Assembly (NCBI GenBank): GCA_030867685.1 | Contig: JAQOWU010000008.1 | Location: forward strand, 1,054,001-1,118,000 | Length of the DNA stretch: 64,000 nucleotides | Origin: Wickerhamiella versatilis | Lineage: Eukaryota | Direction of reading: 5' to 3' | In this document: one piece after another, positions 20,963-31,673 of the stretch | Numbering within the stretch: position 1 is the stretch's first letter | How the letters are laid out: each line of letters begins with the position of its first letter | The notes under the pieces: model-generated | Seen by the model: the letters and a program-made list of their open reading frames with translations, nothing else | Told to the model about the DNA's origin: nothing | Database searches by the model: none | Position numbers and translations under genes: made by a program

Positions 20963-22024
20963 ATGGTGTATTTCCCGAGCGCAACTCAGCTCAAGTCTTC
21001 ATTCAAGACCGCACCAAGCAGCTTCTGGATTTCTTCTCCTGAGGAGGAAGCTAAGAACAAGGCTCAGGGTGCCGTTGGATTCGTTGAGAAGGAAGTCGCT
21101 GAGGTAGTAAAGCCTAGCCACCAGATCGAGCTTTACAGCCCGGAGTATTTCAAGTACTGCACCATCGGTGGTATTTTCGCCTGTGGACCTACTCATGCTT
21201 CTGTATGCCCTCTTGATGTTATCAAGGTTCGTGCTCAGAACGGTTTCTACAAATCTCAGGCCGAGGGCTTCCGCTCTATCATGAAGACTGAGGGCTTCTC
21301 CGGTCTTCTCACTGGTTTCGGTGCTACTCTTATTGGCTACTCTTTCCAGGGTGCTGGTAAATACGGTCTCTATGAGCTCTTCAAGTACAAGTACGGCCAG
21401 GTGCTTGGTGAAGATACTGCTAAGCAGTGGAAGACCACTGTTTTCCTTGCTGCCTCTGCTTCTGCTGAGTTCTTTGCTGATATCTTCCTCTGTCCTTGGG
21501 AGGCTATCAAGGTCCGTGCTCAGTCCACCATGCCCCCAGTTAACACCGGCTTGTTTGCCAGCTCCCGTATCGCTTTGAGCGAGGTTGGCTTCAGCGGTCT
21601 TTATAATGGTCTTGTCCCCCTGTGGGCCCGCCAGATCCCTTACACTATGGTTAAGTTCGCTACTTTCGAGAACACTGTGTTGGCTATCTACGCCCAGCTG
21701 CCCAAGAAGAAGGAGGAGTACTCCACCTTGGCCCAGACTGGTGTTTCGTTCCTTGGTGGTTACATCGCTGGTATCTTCTGCGCCGTTGTGTCCCACCCTG
21801 CGGATACCATGGTGTCTAAGATCAACAAGGAGCGTGGACCTACTGATACGATCGGTGCTGTGAGCAGCCGTATCTACAAGCAGATCGGATTCAGTGGTCT
21901 CTGGACCGGTCTTGGCGCCCGTATCATCATGGTTGGTACTCTTACTGGTATGCAGTGGCTGTTGTACGACTCCTTCAAGGCGTACGTCGGATTGCCAACC
22001 ACTGGTGGTGGCCCTAAGAAATAG
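20963..22024 (+). CDS. PIC2: Mitochondrial phosphate(/copper) carrier
   Basis: IELYSPEYF..CTIGG..ACGPTH, GYSFQGAGKYG.YE, SASAEFFADI.LCPWEAIKV, PLWARQIPYTMVKF, SHPADT.VSK. Confidence 0.93.
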   Translation: MVYFPSATQLKSSFKTAPSSFWISSPEEEAKNKAQGAVGFVEKEVAEVVKPSHQIELYSPEYFKYCTIGGIFACGPTHASVCPLDVIKVRAQNGFYKSQAEGFRSIMKTEGFSGLLTGFGATLIGYSFQGAGKYGLYELFKYKYGQVLGEDTAKQWKTTVFLAASASAEFFADIFLCPWEAIKVRAQSTMPPVNTGLFASSRIALSEVGFSGLYNGLVPLWARQIPYTMVKFATFENTVLAIYAQLPKKKEEYSTLAQTGVSFLGGYIAGIFCAVVSHPADTMVSKINKERGPTDTIGAVSSRIYKQIGFSGLWTGLGARIIMVGTLTGMQWLLYDSFKAYVGLPTTGGGPKK

Positions 22025-22132
22025 GCTTTTTCTAGTTATAGATAGAGCTAGCTTTTTTTTTACATCATGCAATTCAATACTTCCTTTTATATTACATAAT
22101 TTTTTTTGTCTTCTATCTAAGAGTTGTGAGGG

Positions 22133-22825
22133 ATGGTGAAGAAAGCGGCACGTAGGTCTGCACCGCCCAAACCAGAGGATCAATTAGAGCCTGAAGATTT
22201 TGAGGCGAATCAGGAGGAGTTTCAAGGATTCGAATCGACTGCCTCAGAGGAGTCGGATCATCAAGAACCAGAGTATGAAAGTTCGGAATCTGAGGAGGAA
22301 GAGAAGCCTTCTGTTATTGCTAAGGATTCGAAACAAAAGGGTGATGTGAAAAAAATCGCCGAAACCGCGACGGCTGATGTCAAGGATGCCGGTGAGCGGG
22401 GCGTTGTTTATGTGGGCCGCATTCCTCACGGATTCTACGAACCACAGATGCGTGACTATTTTGGACAGTTTGGGAAAATCACCCGTTTGAGATTGTCACG
22501 AAACCGACGGTCCGGTGCTTCGAAACATTTTGGATTCATAGAATTTTCAAATGCAGGTGTTGCAGATGTTGTGAGTGAAACTATGGACAATTATTTGCTA
22601 TTCAATCATATTTTAAAGGTTAAAAGAATACCAAATTCTCAGGTGCATGAAAAACTCTGGGTTGGCGCAAATCGACGATATCAAGCTATTCCCTGGGGCA
22701 AAGTTGGCAAACAGCGGTATGAGCGAAAGCACCCGCGAGAATGGTGGGAAGAACTTGTCGAAAAAGACGCCTCACGTCGTAAAGACCGTTCGAAAAAGCT
22801 CAAGCAAATGGGCCTTGAGTATTAA
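22133..22825 (+). CDS. NOP15: 60S biogenesis RRM protein Nop15/NIFK
   Basis: VVYVGRIPHGFYE.QM..YF.QFG, RLRLSRN.R.G.SKHFGFIEF, ETMDNYLLF. Confidence 0.95.
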   Translation: MVKKAARRSAPPKPEDQLEPEDFEANQEEFQGFESTASEESDHQEPEYESSESEEEEKPSVIAKDSKQKGDVKKIAETATADVKDAGERGVVYVGRIPHGFYEPQMRDYFGQFGKITRLRLSRNRRSGASKHFGFIEFSNAGVADVVSETMDNYLLFNHILKVKRIPNSQVHEKLWVGANRRYQAIPWGKVGKQRYERKHPREWWEELVEKDASRRKDRSKKLKQMGLEY

Positions 22826-22885
22826 CTTAAATGATTTTTTTTAAGATAAAACTAGATGCCTACCCAACTTTAAGAAGTGACTCTT

Positions 22886-23839
22886 CTAATTCCATACGTT
22901 CATGAATGCCTCATCGTCAAACGGGGCTGGTTCAGGCTCAGGTTCTGTTGCAGTGACTTTAGACCCACTAATCGAATTGGCAAAATTTGAGTCGCTAGAG
23001 CTTGATGGTGCTGAAGTGAAAGCCATTGGCGCTGCTTTGGGGTACGATGGCATTGGTGCCGGCTTGGGAGCGGGAGCGGTATGTTGTGGTTGATTCTGAG
23101 CTTTTGGCTTGGAATACAGGGAGAGGATGGACTTTTTGAGATCCGAACGCTGTACTTGAGGCTGTGGGGCAGGAGCGGCGGGTGCTGGTGCAGGCGGTTT
23201 TGGTGCCTCCGTTCGAGATACAGTCTCCTTCTTAGTTATCGTGGGGCTGGGGGTTGGTCTAGCATTATTCTGAGCTGAAACACCTATATCAAGTAGAGAG
23301 GGCGTCGCACTTGATGGCCTAGTGGGCGGAGCACTACGCACTGCATAATTCGTGCCGAGATCTAGCAGATCGATACCTGTGCCTCCCGTAGTTGGTGTTG
23401 GAGTGGACGTGCGGACCTTAGGAGGCACTGGTGGACGATACCCATCATTTGCCTTATCTTGTTGAAGATCACTATCTGGTATCCAGCGTTTCAATTCGTA
23501 CTTTGTGCGAATGAAGTTTACTATCTTCGATTCGTCAGGAACGTAGTTTGGTGGCAACCTTGCCTCCCAATATTCGTTAGCTTTATTGTTACCAACCTTT
23601 ACGAGCTGCTCTAGGTGCGCATCAGTCCATACATCTAGGTCAATACTCCGGACCTTTGATATATGTGTACCCAGTGACCTGTGTATACCTGAGCACCTGA
23701 TGCAAATTAGTACACCAATATTCCAAGAGGCCCACCTAGGATGCGTAGATGTCTTGCAATCGGCACATTTTCCATTACCCTCTTGTGCCAGAATACGTTT
23801 GAGAATCTGTTTGTTTTGGGCGCTTGTCCGGCGCTCCAT
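22886..23839 (-). CDS. AGE2: ArfGAP (Age2/SMAP-like)
   Basis: CADC...PRWASWNIG..ICIRCSGIHRSLGTHISKV, FIRTKYE.KRW, KKSILSLY, C-terminal NVW; ATG at 23839. Confidence 0.85.
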   Translation of the reverse strand: MERRTSAQNKQILKRILAQEGNGKCADCKTSTHPRWASWNIGVLICIRCSGIHRSLGTHISKVRSIDLDVWTDAHLEQLVKVGNNKANEYWEARLPPNYVPDESKIVNFIRTKYELKRWIPDSDLQQDKANDGYRPPVPPKVRTSTPTPTTGGTGIDLLDLGTNYAVRSAPPTRPSSATPSLLDIGVSAQNNARPTPSPTITKKETVSRTEAPKPPAPAPAAPAPQPQVQRSDLKKSILSLYSKPKAQNQPQHTAPAPKPAPMPSYPKAAPMAFTSAPSSSSDSNFANSISGSKVTATEPEPEPAPFDDEAFMNVWN

Positions 23840-23916
23840 GCTTATTAACACACGAAATTAGGTACCATAGTTTCATTGCTTCATTATATACAATCAGGTG
23901 TGTGAAAGACAATCGC

Positions 23917-24456
23917 TTATGGTTCTTCAATAATATTAGCATCACTTCCCTCTGCCTGCAAAGTATCCATCATATCGCTTCGTTTCGAAGCATCTATATC
24001 GGCTAATTCGTAATCCTCGAAGAATGTACGCCTTAGTTCTCGCCACTGGCTTGCCCATTTACCCAGGTAGATTAACACACTGGCACTAACCACCTGTGTC
24101 ACCCACCATAACCAGCTTGTGGGGAATCTGTGACTTGATGCCCAAGCAACTACAAGATTAATTCCATGAAGGGTAAGCGCGAAATCCAAAGCTAGTTTAG
24201 ATCGGCCTACAATCAGAGCCATTGCGAGAACAGAAAAAAAGGTATCCATAATCCACAATAACGCGAGAAGCCATCCAAGACTGGTGTCAGAACGTACCTC
24301 CTCCCAAGAGAACACGTAGCGCGCATGCCAATGAAGACCCAAGACTATAAGAGTAAAAGTGACAAGAACAAGACCTATTGCATAATAAAAGGCTTGCAGT
24401 TGTACGATCTGAAGTGCCAATCTTCGAGGCGCCAATATCGGCGACTGCTTCGCCAT
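23917..24456 (-). CDS. SYS1: Golgi membrane protein Sys1
   Basis: QIV.LQ.FYY, IVGRSKLALDFALTLH, P....WW, G.W..QWREL; ATG at 24456. Confidence 0.92.
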   Translation of the reverse strand: MAKQSPILAPRRLALQIVQLQAFYYAIGLVLVTFTLIVLGLHWHARYVFSWEEVRSDTSLGWLLALLWIMDTFFSVLAMALIVGRSKLALDFALTLHGINLVVAWASSHRFPTSWLWWVTQVVSASVLIYLGKWASQWRELRRTFFEDYELADIDASKRSDMMDTLQAEGSDANIIEEP

Positions 24457-24640
24457 GGATGACTTATCACATACATTAAAGCTCGTGTTATAGTTCACAG
24501 TGGGAGAAATATTATAAACTAATTTGCATCAATCATTACCATTGGCTCCGTCTCTAACTAAAATATAGACTTAATGAATCTTGTAGTGTATTTAGTCCAC
24601 CGTTCTAATGGCACTTGATTATATAATTTTCTCTTTCTAA

Positions 24641-26467
24641 ATGAACCAGGATTTTGTTCTAACAATTCAAGATGACGATACTGTTGAAGATTTGGATAAT
24701 GAAAGGGCACGTGGAGAAATGAATCCTGATTTTCAATTTGGTGATGATCTAGTTCCTGTGAATGTATCAGAGTCTGAGGATAGTGATGGTCAAGAGGACC
24801 AACTAGAAGCTATAATCAAAAGGCATGGTGGCTTGCAAGATGAATCCTTTGAGGGATTCAGTGATTCTAATTCAGAGAGTGAGGAGGAAGAATCCGAAAA
24901 AGCACAGGAAAAAGAATTTTATGATACGGATGTCAAGCCAGAGGGTCTAAAGTCATTTGCGAATATGTCTCTTTCTCGGCCCATACAAAAAGGCATTGCT
25001 AGTGCAGGATATGTGGAGCCAACTGAAATTCAAAGTGCTGTCATCCCGGTAGCTTTACTCGGCAAAGACATTGTTGCTGGAGCTGTGACTGGCTCAGGAA
25101 AAACAGCTGCATATATGATCCCATTACTAGAACGTCTAGTATACCGGTCCCAAACGCCAGCTACCCGTGTTGTTGTACTAGTCCCAACACGAGAATTGGC
25201 AATGCAAGTTCATGAAGTTGGAACTCAACTAGGTCAGTCTATCAATAATCTTCGCATTGGAATGGCAGTAGGTGGCCTTAACCTACGTAAACAAGAACAA
25301 GAGTTGAAGAGTCGACCAGATATTGTTGTAGCGACCCCAGGGAGATTTATCGATCATGTCCGGAATAGTCCTAGTTTCAGCGTAGAACAAGTCGAAGTAC
25401 TGGTTGTTGATGAGGCCGATAGAATGCTTGATGAGGGGTTTGAGGCAGAGTTGAATGAAATTTTGTCGCTAATTCCCTCGAAGCGCCAAACTTTACTTTT
25501 TTCTGCTACAATGACTTCTAGTGTCAAGGATCTTATCAAGTTGAGTTTGAAGAAGCCTGCAAGAATCATGGTTAACCCTTCTAAGCAGGCTGCAAAAGGT
25601 TTAATCCAGGAATTTGTACGTATAAGGCAGCACGAAGAGTCGCGACCTGCCATACTTATATCATTACTGCGAAAGCTGGGAACCAAACAGCGAGCTATAG
25701 TTTTTGTTACCAGAAAGCAGACTGCACACCGATTGCGGGTAATTTGTGGTCTATTTGGGATACGAGTAGGCGAATTGCATGGTGCATTGACGCAAGACCA
25801 AAGAATTGAGAGCATTCAAGCATTCCGTAAGTTGGAACTCCCTGTTCTATTGTGTACTGATCTTGCTGCTCGAGGTCTCGATATTCCTAAAATCGATGTT
25901 GTAATTAATTATGAGTTGCCATCAACTTTTGAAACGTACCTGCACAGAGTAGGCCGTACCGCTCGAGCAGGGCGAACTGGTACCTCCATCACCCTAGTAG
26001 GTGATACGAACCAAGAGCGTCAGATTGTCAAGTCTGCAATTCAGTCATCAAACTCGTCTTCAGAGAAGCAAAAAATCTTGGGAAGGCAAGTAGATTGGGA
26101 TGAGATCGCCTCGATTTCTTCGGAGATGAAGACGAAGGAGGATACGGTAGAAGAGATTCTAGAAGAGGAAAAGGTTGCAAAAGAAATATCAGCTGCAGAA
26201 AAAGATGTCAAACGTGGTGAAAATTTAATGAAGCATCATGATGAGATTATATCTCGGCCAAAGAGAACTTGGTTTACTGATAATAAAGAGAAAAACCCTG
26301 GGAATAAAACAAATCGTTTTACCTCTAATCATCAGAGAAAGAAAAAAGAGGGTGGGGATGATAAATGGATATACAAGAAAACGAAAGCAGACAGAGATGT
26401 CTCGAAAAAGCGTGGTGCTCACCGTCAAATACTTAAGGCGGGAGCAAAAAAAACTAAACAAGGATAG
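24641..26467 (+). CDS. DRS1: DEAD-box RNA helicase Drs1
   Basis: GAVTGSGKT, PTRELA, DEAD, SAT, HRVGRTARAGR, C-terminal EI.SRPKRTWF. Confidence 0.96.
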   Translation: MNQDFVLTIQDDDTVEDLDNERARGEMNPDFQFGDDLVPVNVSESEDSDGQEDQLEAIIKRHGGLQDESFEGFSDSNSESEEEESEKAQEKEFYDTDVKPEGLKSFANMSLSRPIQKGIASAGYVEPTEIQSAVIPVALLGKDIVAGAVTGSGKTAAYMIPLLERLVYRSQTPATRVVVLVPTRELAMQVHEVGTQLGQSINNLRIGMAVGGLNLRKQEQELKSRPDIVVATPGRFIDHVRNSPSFSVEQVEVLVVDEADRMLDEGFEAELNEILSLIPSKRQTLLFSATMTSSVKDLIKLSLKKPARIMVNPSKQAAKGLIQEFVRIRQHEESRPAILISLLRKLGTKQRAIVFVTRKQTAHRLRVICGLFGIRVGELHGALTQDQRIESIQAFRKLELPVLLCTDLAARGLDIPKIDVVINYELPSTFETYLHRVGRTARAGRTGTSITLVGDTNQERQIVKSAIQSSNSSSEKQKILGRQVDWDEIASISSEMKTKEDTVEEILEEEKVAKEISAAEKDVKRGENLMKHHDEIISRPKRTWFTDNKEKNPGNKTNRFTSNHQRKKKEGGDDKWIYKKTKADRDVSKKRGAHRQILKAGAKKTKQG

Positions 26468-26547
26468 TTATAAGTACACTACAAAACCAGTTAGAGAAAT
26501 AGGATTCATTGCTGTAATTATATTAAGTATATAAAGCGTTACATCAT

Positions 26548-29500
26548 TCAATGCTTTCGTTTCTTCTTCTTCTTCTGTTTCCCTTTATTTTTTGAGGTTT
26601 GGCCATTAATTTGACCCACATCTGAAGTTTTACTAGGCGAAGCCTCTTTTGAAGCGGAGTCATATGAAGCAACTCCGTTATTGGCATCTGGAGCAGATTT
26701 TAAAACATCAGATCCATTATTGGTTTCAGGTATCGCTGTCTCGTGAGGCTCTTCATCCTTGGCCTTCTTCTCAGCCTCGTTTTTAAACTTCAGCTCTGCC
26801 TCTTCATTTTGTTTGGCCTCCTCTATAGCTTTTTGTTCAGCTTCTTCTTTAGCGTTTCGTTCAGCCTCTTCCTTAGCCTTTTGTTCGGCCTCTTCCTTAG
26901 CCTTTTGTTCAGCCTCTTCCTTAGCCTTTCGTTCGGGATCCTCTTTAGCTTTCTGTTCAGCCTCTTCCTTGGCCTTTAGTGCGGACTCCTCTTTAGCTTT
27001 TTGTTCAGCTTCTTCCTTAGCCTTTCGTTCAGCCTCTTCCTTAGCCTTTTGGTCGGCCTCCTCCTTAGCTTTCAGCTCGGCCTCTTTCTTAGCTTTTTGT
27101 TCAGCTTCTTCTTTAGCCTTTAGTTCGGCCTCTTCCTTAGCCTTTAGTTCGGCCTCTTCCTTAGCCTTTAGTTCGGCCTCTTCCTTAGCCTTTAGTTCGG
27201 CCTCTTCCTTAGCTTTTCGTTCGGCCTCCTCTTTAGCCTTTCGTTCGGCCTCCTCTTTAGCCTTTAGTTCGGCCTCCTCTTTAGCCTTTTGCTCGGCCTC
27301 CTCTTTAGCCTTTTGCTCGGCCTCCTCTTTAGCCTTTTGTTCAGCTTCTTCCTTAGCCTTTCGTTCGGCCTCCTCTTTAGCTTTTTGTTCAGCTTCTTCT
27401 TTAGCCTTTAGTTCGGCCTCTTCCTTAGCTTTTCGTTCGGCCTCCTCTTTAGCCTTTCGTTCGGCCTCCTCTTTAGCCTTTAGTTCGGCCTCCTCTTTAG
27501 CCTTTTGCTCGGCCTCCTCTTTAGCCTTTTGCTCGGCCTCCTCTTTAGCCTTTTGTTCAGCTTCTTCCTTAGCCTTTCGTTCGGCCTCCTCTTTAGCCTT
27601 TCGTTCGGCCTCCTCTTTAGCTTTCTGTTCAGCCTCTTCCTTGGCCTTTAGTGCGGACTCCTCTTTAGCTTTTTGTTCAGCTTCTTCCTTAGCCTTTAGT
27701 TCAGTCTCCTCTTTAGCTTTTTGTTCAGCTTCCTCCTTAGCCTTTAGTTCAGCCTCCTCTTTAGCTTTTTGTTCAGCTTCTTCTTTAGCCTTTAGTTCGG
27801 CCTCTTCCTTAGCTTTTCGTTCGGCCTCCTCTTTAGCCTTTCGTTCGGCCTCCTCTTTAGCCTTTAGTTCGGCCTCCTCTTTAGCCTTTCGTTCAGCCTC
27901 CTCTTTAGCCTTTCGTTCGGCCTCCTCCTTAACCTTAGCTTCGTTCTCCTTAGAGTGCTTTCCAGAACCTTCAGATTCGACTTTATTTATTTCTTTTTTG
28001 CCAGGTGTACTCTGTGGTTCCTTACTCAATGATGAGTTCTCTCCAAAAGGGTTATCAGGAGTCACAAATCCGTCAACAGTCTCATAAATAATCTCAGCGA
28101 TATTTCCTGCGCCAGGTATACTTATTGCTTTTTCGCGGAAGTAGGAAAGATCTTTTAGAAGAGAAAGCTTCTCATTATGATCTTTCACAGTTACAGCAGT
28201 ATATGCTTCAAGGAGGCGAGGCTTATACGCATCGAAAACTTCTGTCATTAAAGCTAAGGCAAGCGGCGCAGGTAGAGTGTCTTCAACGATACGAGCTACC
28301 GTAGATGTGTCTTTTACAAGATTTAGCATGTATTGATGCGCTTCTCCCTCAATGGGAGCACCCCAATTTTGTTCACCAATTGCTCGACAGCACGATTGAA
28401 TTTTGTCAGTCATGAGTTTAACGAGCTTTTGGTGGATTTCTACATGATGCTCACTCAAAGAAGCCACCGCACTGTCAAATTGCAAAGTGAGATCATCACG
28501 AACTGAATGCCTAGAAATGCATTGCTGTATATAGGGCATCAATACAATCACAAATCTCAGTGATTCTGAAGTCACCGCGAGGTGTCTTACGCTTATATGA
28601 CGGAGCCCTGCTGTTTTGGTGGCCCCAAATCCTAGGACCAGATGTCTTGCACGGGTGTTGAAAATGTTCACAAGCTCTAGAATGGCCATAGCTATATCTG
28701 GAGCATACGTGTTGGGCAAGATAATAACCAGGCGGAGATACTCTGCCAAGTTAGACGCTAATTGAAGGGCACTTTTGGACACAAAAAAAGAATCTGAGCC
28801 AGCAATGACGGTGTTGGAATGTGACTTTTCATTTGATGGGATCTTTTCCGAATAATCAGCTGCCACATCTCCAAGAGAGAGCCATGAGGAAGGGTCTAAT
28901 ACCCCACACTCCACAATACCATCTACTTCAGATTGAGTTGATGATAGTACTTCATCCTTCCGCCATGTATCTGTATCAAGAATGGTGCGAAGAACACTCT
29001 CACAATCAGCTGCCAGTGTGTGTATGAATAACTTTGTCTGTGCAGTAAGAAATTCGGTAACTTCTGATGGCTGTTGGCCAGTTATGGCCTCACATTCTTC
29101 GCAGAATGAGCGACACATGGAATAGAATCGACAATATTGGCTGGCACTGAGATAAGCCGTGGGATCCTTTCGAACTCGCAACACACGGGAAATGCGGCTA
29201 TCAACCTGCCCCAAAACTGTACTCAAAACAGCTCCTTGTTCAGGAGGAGCAACACCATGTTGGGTAGCTACATCAAGTACAAGTTTCTCCTGTACAGAGA
29301 GTCTCCTAAATGCCTCAGAAATACTCGTGAACAACCCTTGGCACATTGCCTCCGCCTCTGGGCCGTTGAGAGAATGCAAAGATTTTGCCAAATCATCATT
29401 ATTGGGCAAATGTGCCTTTATTACCGCTTTCATTTCTCTCTGGACGGCATCGCTAAGTAATTCAAACGCTTCATTAGTTGAAGATGCCTCTGCACTGGCT

Positions 29501-30548
29501 GCTAAAGCTTCCTCTACCTTTTTGCGTAACGAGTCGCTCACAATGCGCCAGGATTCAGAGGTACCTGCTGAAAGTGTAGGTCTTCGTGCTCTACGACGGG
29601 AATGATAGGCAGAAAGTCTCGAAAGAGTTTCAGACCGGCTGACTGACGACAAATGCTCTTTTAGATCCGCCAGGAGCACATCCGAGAGTGCCTGGGTATA
29701 TTTCTCACGGAACTGGCTCTCAATCGATTCTAGTTTGACGAACTGTGGTTGCAATGCCTTGACAGAGCGCAGTCCAGGACTATCCATATCCTTCACCGCC
29801 TGCAAGGCATCAAGAGGCCATTCTTGAGATGAACTGACTTTAGCGAATAAAGCATCAACGCTTGAAGAGAACTCAAAAACCAAGTTTAGAGCTTTCGTGA
29901 ATTCATTTATGTCACTGAGCTTTCCGAGAAGGCGTCGAGCATGTTGTGCCTTTCCTACGACTTCTTCTTCTGCAAAGGCAATAGAAGACCTTAATTTCGT
30001 GATTTCTTCTGAAATCACAGCAGCTTGTGTTTCTATATCATAAAACGTCGAAGTGGCGGCAAAAAACCCCGAGGATGCCCTTGATATCTCATGAATCAGA
30101 TGCATTTCCACAATGTCCACATACCACCCTAGCTGCTCTTGTAAAATTGCCCAGTCGCCGCTAGAAACATTATCAAAGACTCTTGGGTTGTCTAATTCAA
30201 AGTTCTCATCAAAAAAATCGCGGGTACAGCGTCGATTGGAGGGAGTTCAGACGCACTAGCTTCGATAGGAAGATCTCCTAAATCTTGCTGCGAGACATTC
30301 GACTCGCAGTATCGATCCAAAACTGTTTCATCAGGTATATCCAGTCGTGGAAGCCGGATTTGTGGGATGTCATGCGTTGTTGGTGCCTTAAACCCATGTG
30401 TTGTGGCATCACGGCCCGCATAAACAAGTTGGGCTATGGTAGTCTCAGGCAATTCATCTACCATTTTTTCTGTAGGAACTTCTGAAGCTGTGACTGAAGG
30501 AGATGCCAAGCTCAACGAAGTTAAGCTAGCACTCCTTGCATGGCTCAT
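26548..30548 (-). CDS. VPS54: GARP subunit Vps54 with C-terminal repeat extension; frame broken by 1 nt at 30211-30217
   Basis: ORFs 30192-30548 and 26548-30120 join if one T is added, giving VPAIFFDENFELDNPRVF...LQEQLGWYVDIVEMHLIHEIS (Vps54 N-terminal motif). Also FN.R...LVLGFGATKTAGLRHIS.RHLA of the Vps54 C-domain. Confidence 0.9.
26809..27936 (-). repeat. 24-bp coding tandem array, ~47 copies of KAKEEAE[R/L/Q]
   Basis: Counted from the translation: KVKEEAER through KAIEEAKQ, 1128 bp. Confidence 0.97.
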
Positions 30549-30741
30549 GTGGATTAGTGAGCTACCTTGTTACGAAGTCTCAGCAAACCAGACAGTTATG
30601 CATGGCATAATATACTTCATGATAGGTCTTTATTAGGGTCATAAAAAAGCTCAACCATTCTTAATTCTGTTAAAATTCAATTTCAGTCTATAACATGTGA
30701 CTACACATCACTAAGCGTGATCATCTGCGGCTAGAGCGGTT

Positions 30742-31629
30742 ATGTCGACCCGATCGACCAAGGCTACGCCGGCTGCCAAACTGCTAGCTAGTGCGAATAA
30801 AAAATTTCACAATCCTGTTACAGCAATGGCCAGGCTAATGGGAAAAGAGGATAGTGGCAGGGAACAGGCGGCGCAAATGTTTCGAGAGGCCGCCAATTTA
30901 TTCATTGAAGAGAGGAATTGGGTTGATGCTGCTAAGTCTTTTGAGAAAGCAGCCCATGTACAGAAAGGGGAACTTCCTTATGATTGCGCTGCTTCGCTGG
31001 TTGATGCGTCCAATGCCTGGCGTAGCCAGGAACGGTATATCGACGCAGCTCGAACGGTTAAATCAGCAATTGCAATATTCGGACAGCGAGGTCCACATAA
31101 AAGAGCTGCACAACTAAGTATCGAACTAGCAAACTTATACCTTCTCCAGGGTCAGAGGCAAAAAGCTGTGCAAGCATACGAGAATGCCATACGATGGTTT
31201 GACGAACAGAGCTCACCCATAGCTGCGGAAAAGGCCTTATCTGGGCTTGCAGATTTATATGTCGAAATGGAAGAATACAGTTTGGCAATCCCTGCCTATG
31301 AACGGGTTGTCAAGGCTGCGATGACCGATCCAGCAGCCCGATGGTCTTTAAAGAAGTATTTCTTCACCAGCGTCCTTTGTTTTCTTGCTATTAGTGACAG
31401 TATTGGTGCTACAGATGCGTTACAAAGATATACAGGGTTGGATAGGGCGTTCAACGCCACACTCGAGGGTCAAACCCTGACGAAGCTGGTTGCAGTATTT
31501 CCTGCACAGAATCAATTGGAATTCGAAAAAGTGGTAAAACAACATGACAGGATGCATCGACTCGACAAACTGCATATAGAGCTTCTTTTAAAAGTTAAGG
31601 AAGCTATGATGAATGGAAGCCTACTGTAA
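30742..31629 (+). CDS. Divergent alpha-SNAP (Sec17-like) protein
   Basis: EQAAQMFREAANLF, AAKSFEKAA, AI..YERV, WSLKKYFF...LCFLA.SD, RY..LD..F, HDRMHRLD...LLLKVK, terminal LL. Confidence 0.85.
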   Translation: MSTRSTKATPAAKLLASANKKFHNPVTAMARLMGKEDSGREQAAQMFREAANLFIEERNWVDAAKSFEKAAHVQKGELPYDCAASLVDASNAWRSQERYIDAARTVKSAIAIFGQRGPHKRAAQLSIELANLYLLQGQRQKAVQAYENAIRWFDEQSSPIAAEKALSGLADLYVEMEEYSLAIPAYERVVKAAMTDPAARWSLKKYFFTSVLCFLAISDSIGATDALQRYTGLDRAFNATLEGQTLTKLVAVFPAQNQLEFEKVVKQHDRMHRLDKLHIELLLKVKEAMMNGSLL

Positions 31630-31673
31630 AATACTAGATATTTTTTGTACAGAATATATAAATACATATAACA

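Noticed and set aside
20999..22183. 394-aa antisense ORF over PIC2
   Set aside because: Expected shadow of strong codon bias in a highly expressed gene; non-ATG start and no recognisable motif.
26809..27936. Regular array considered as CRISPR or mobile-element satellite
   Set aside because: No unique spacers; the unit is an in-frame 24-bp coding repeat in a eukaryotic gene.
26759..28087. 442-aa + strand ORF (SASSLAF repeats)
   Set aside because: Reverse complement of the KAKEEAE array in VPS54.
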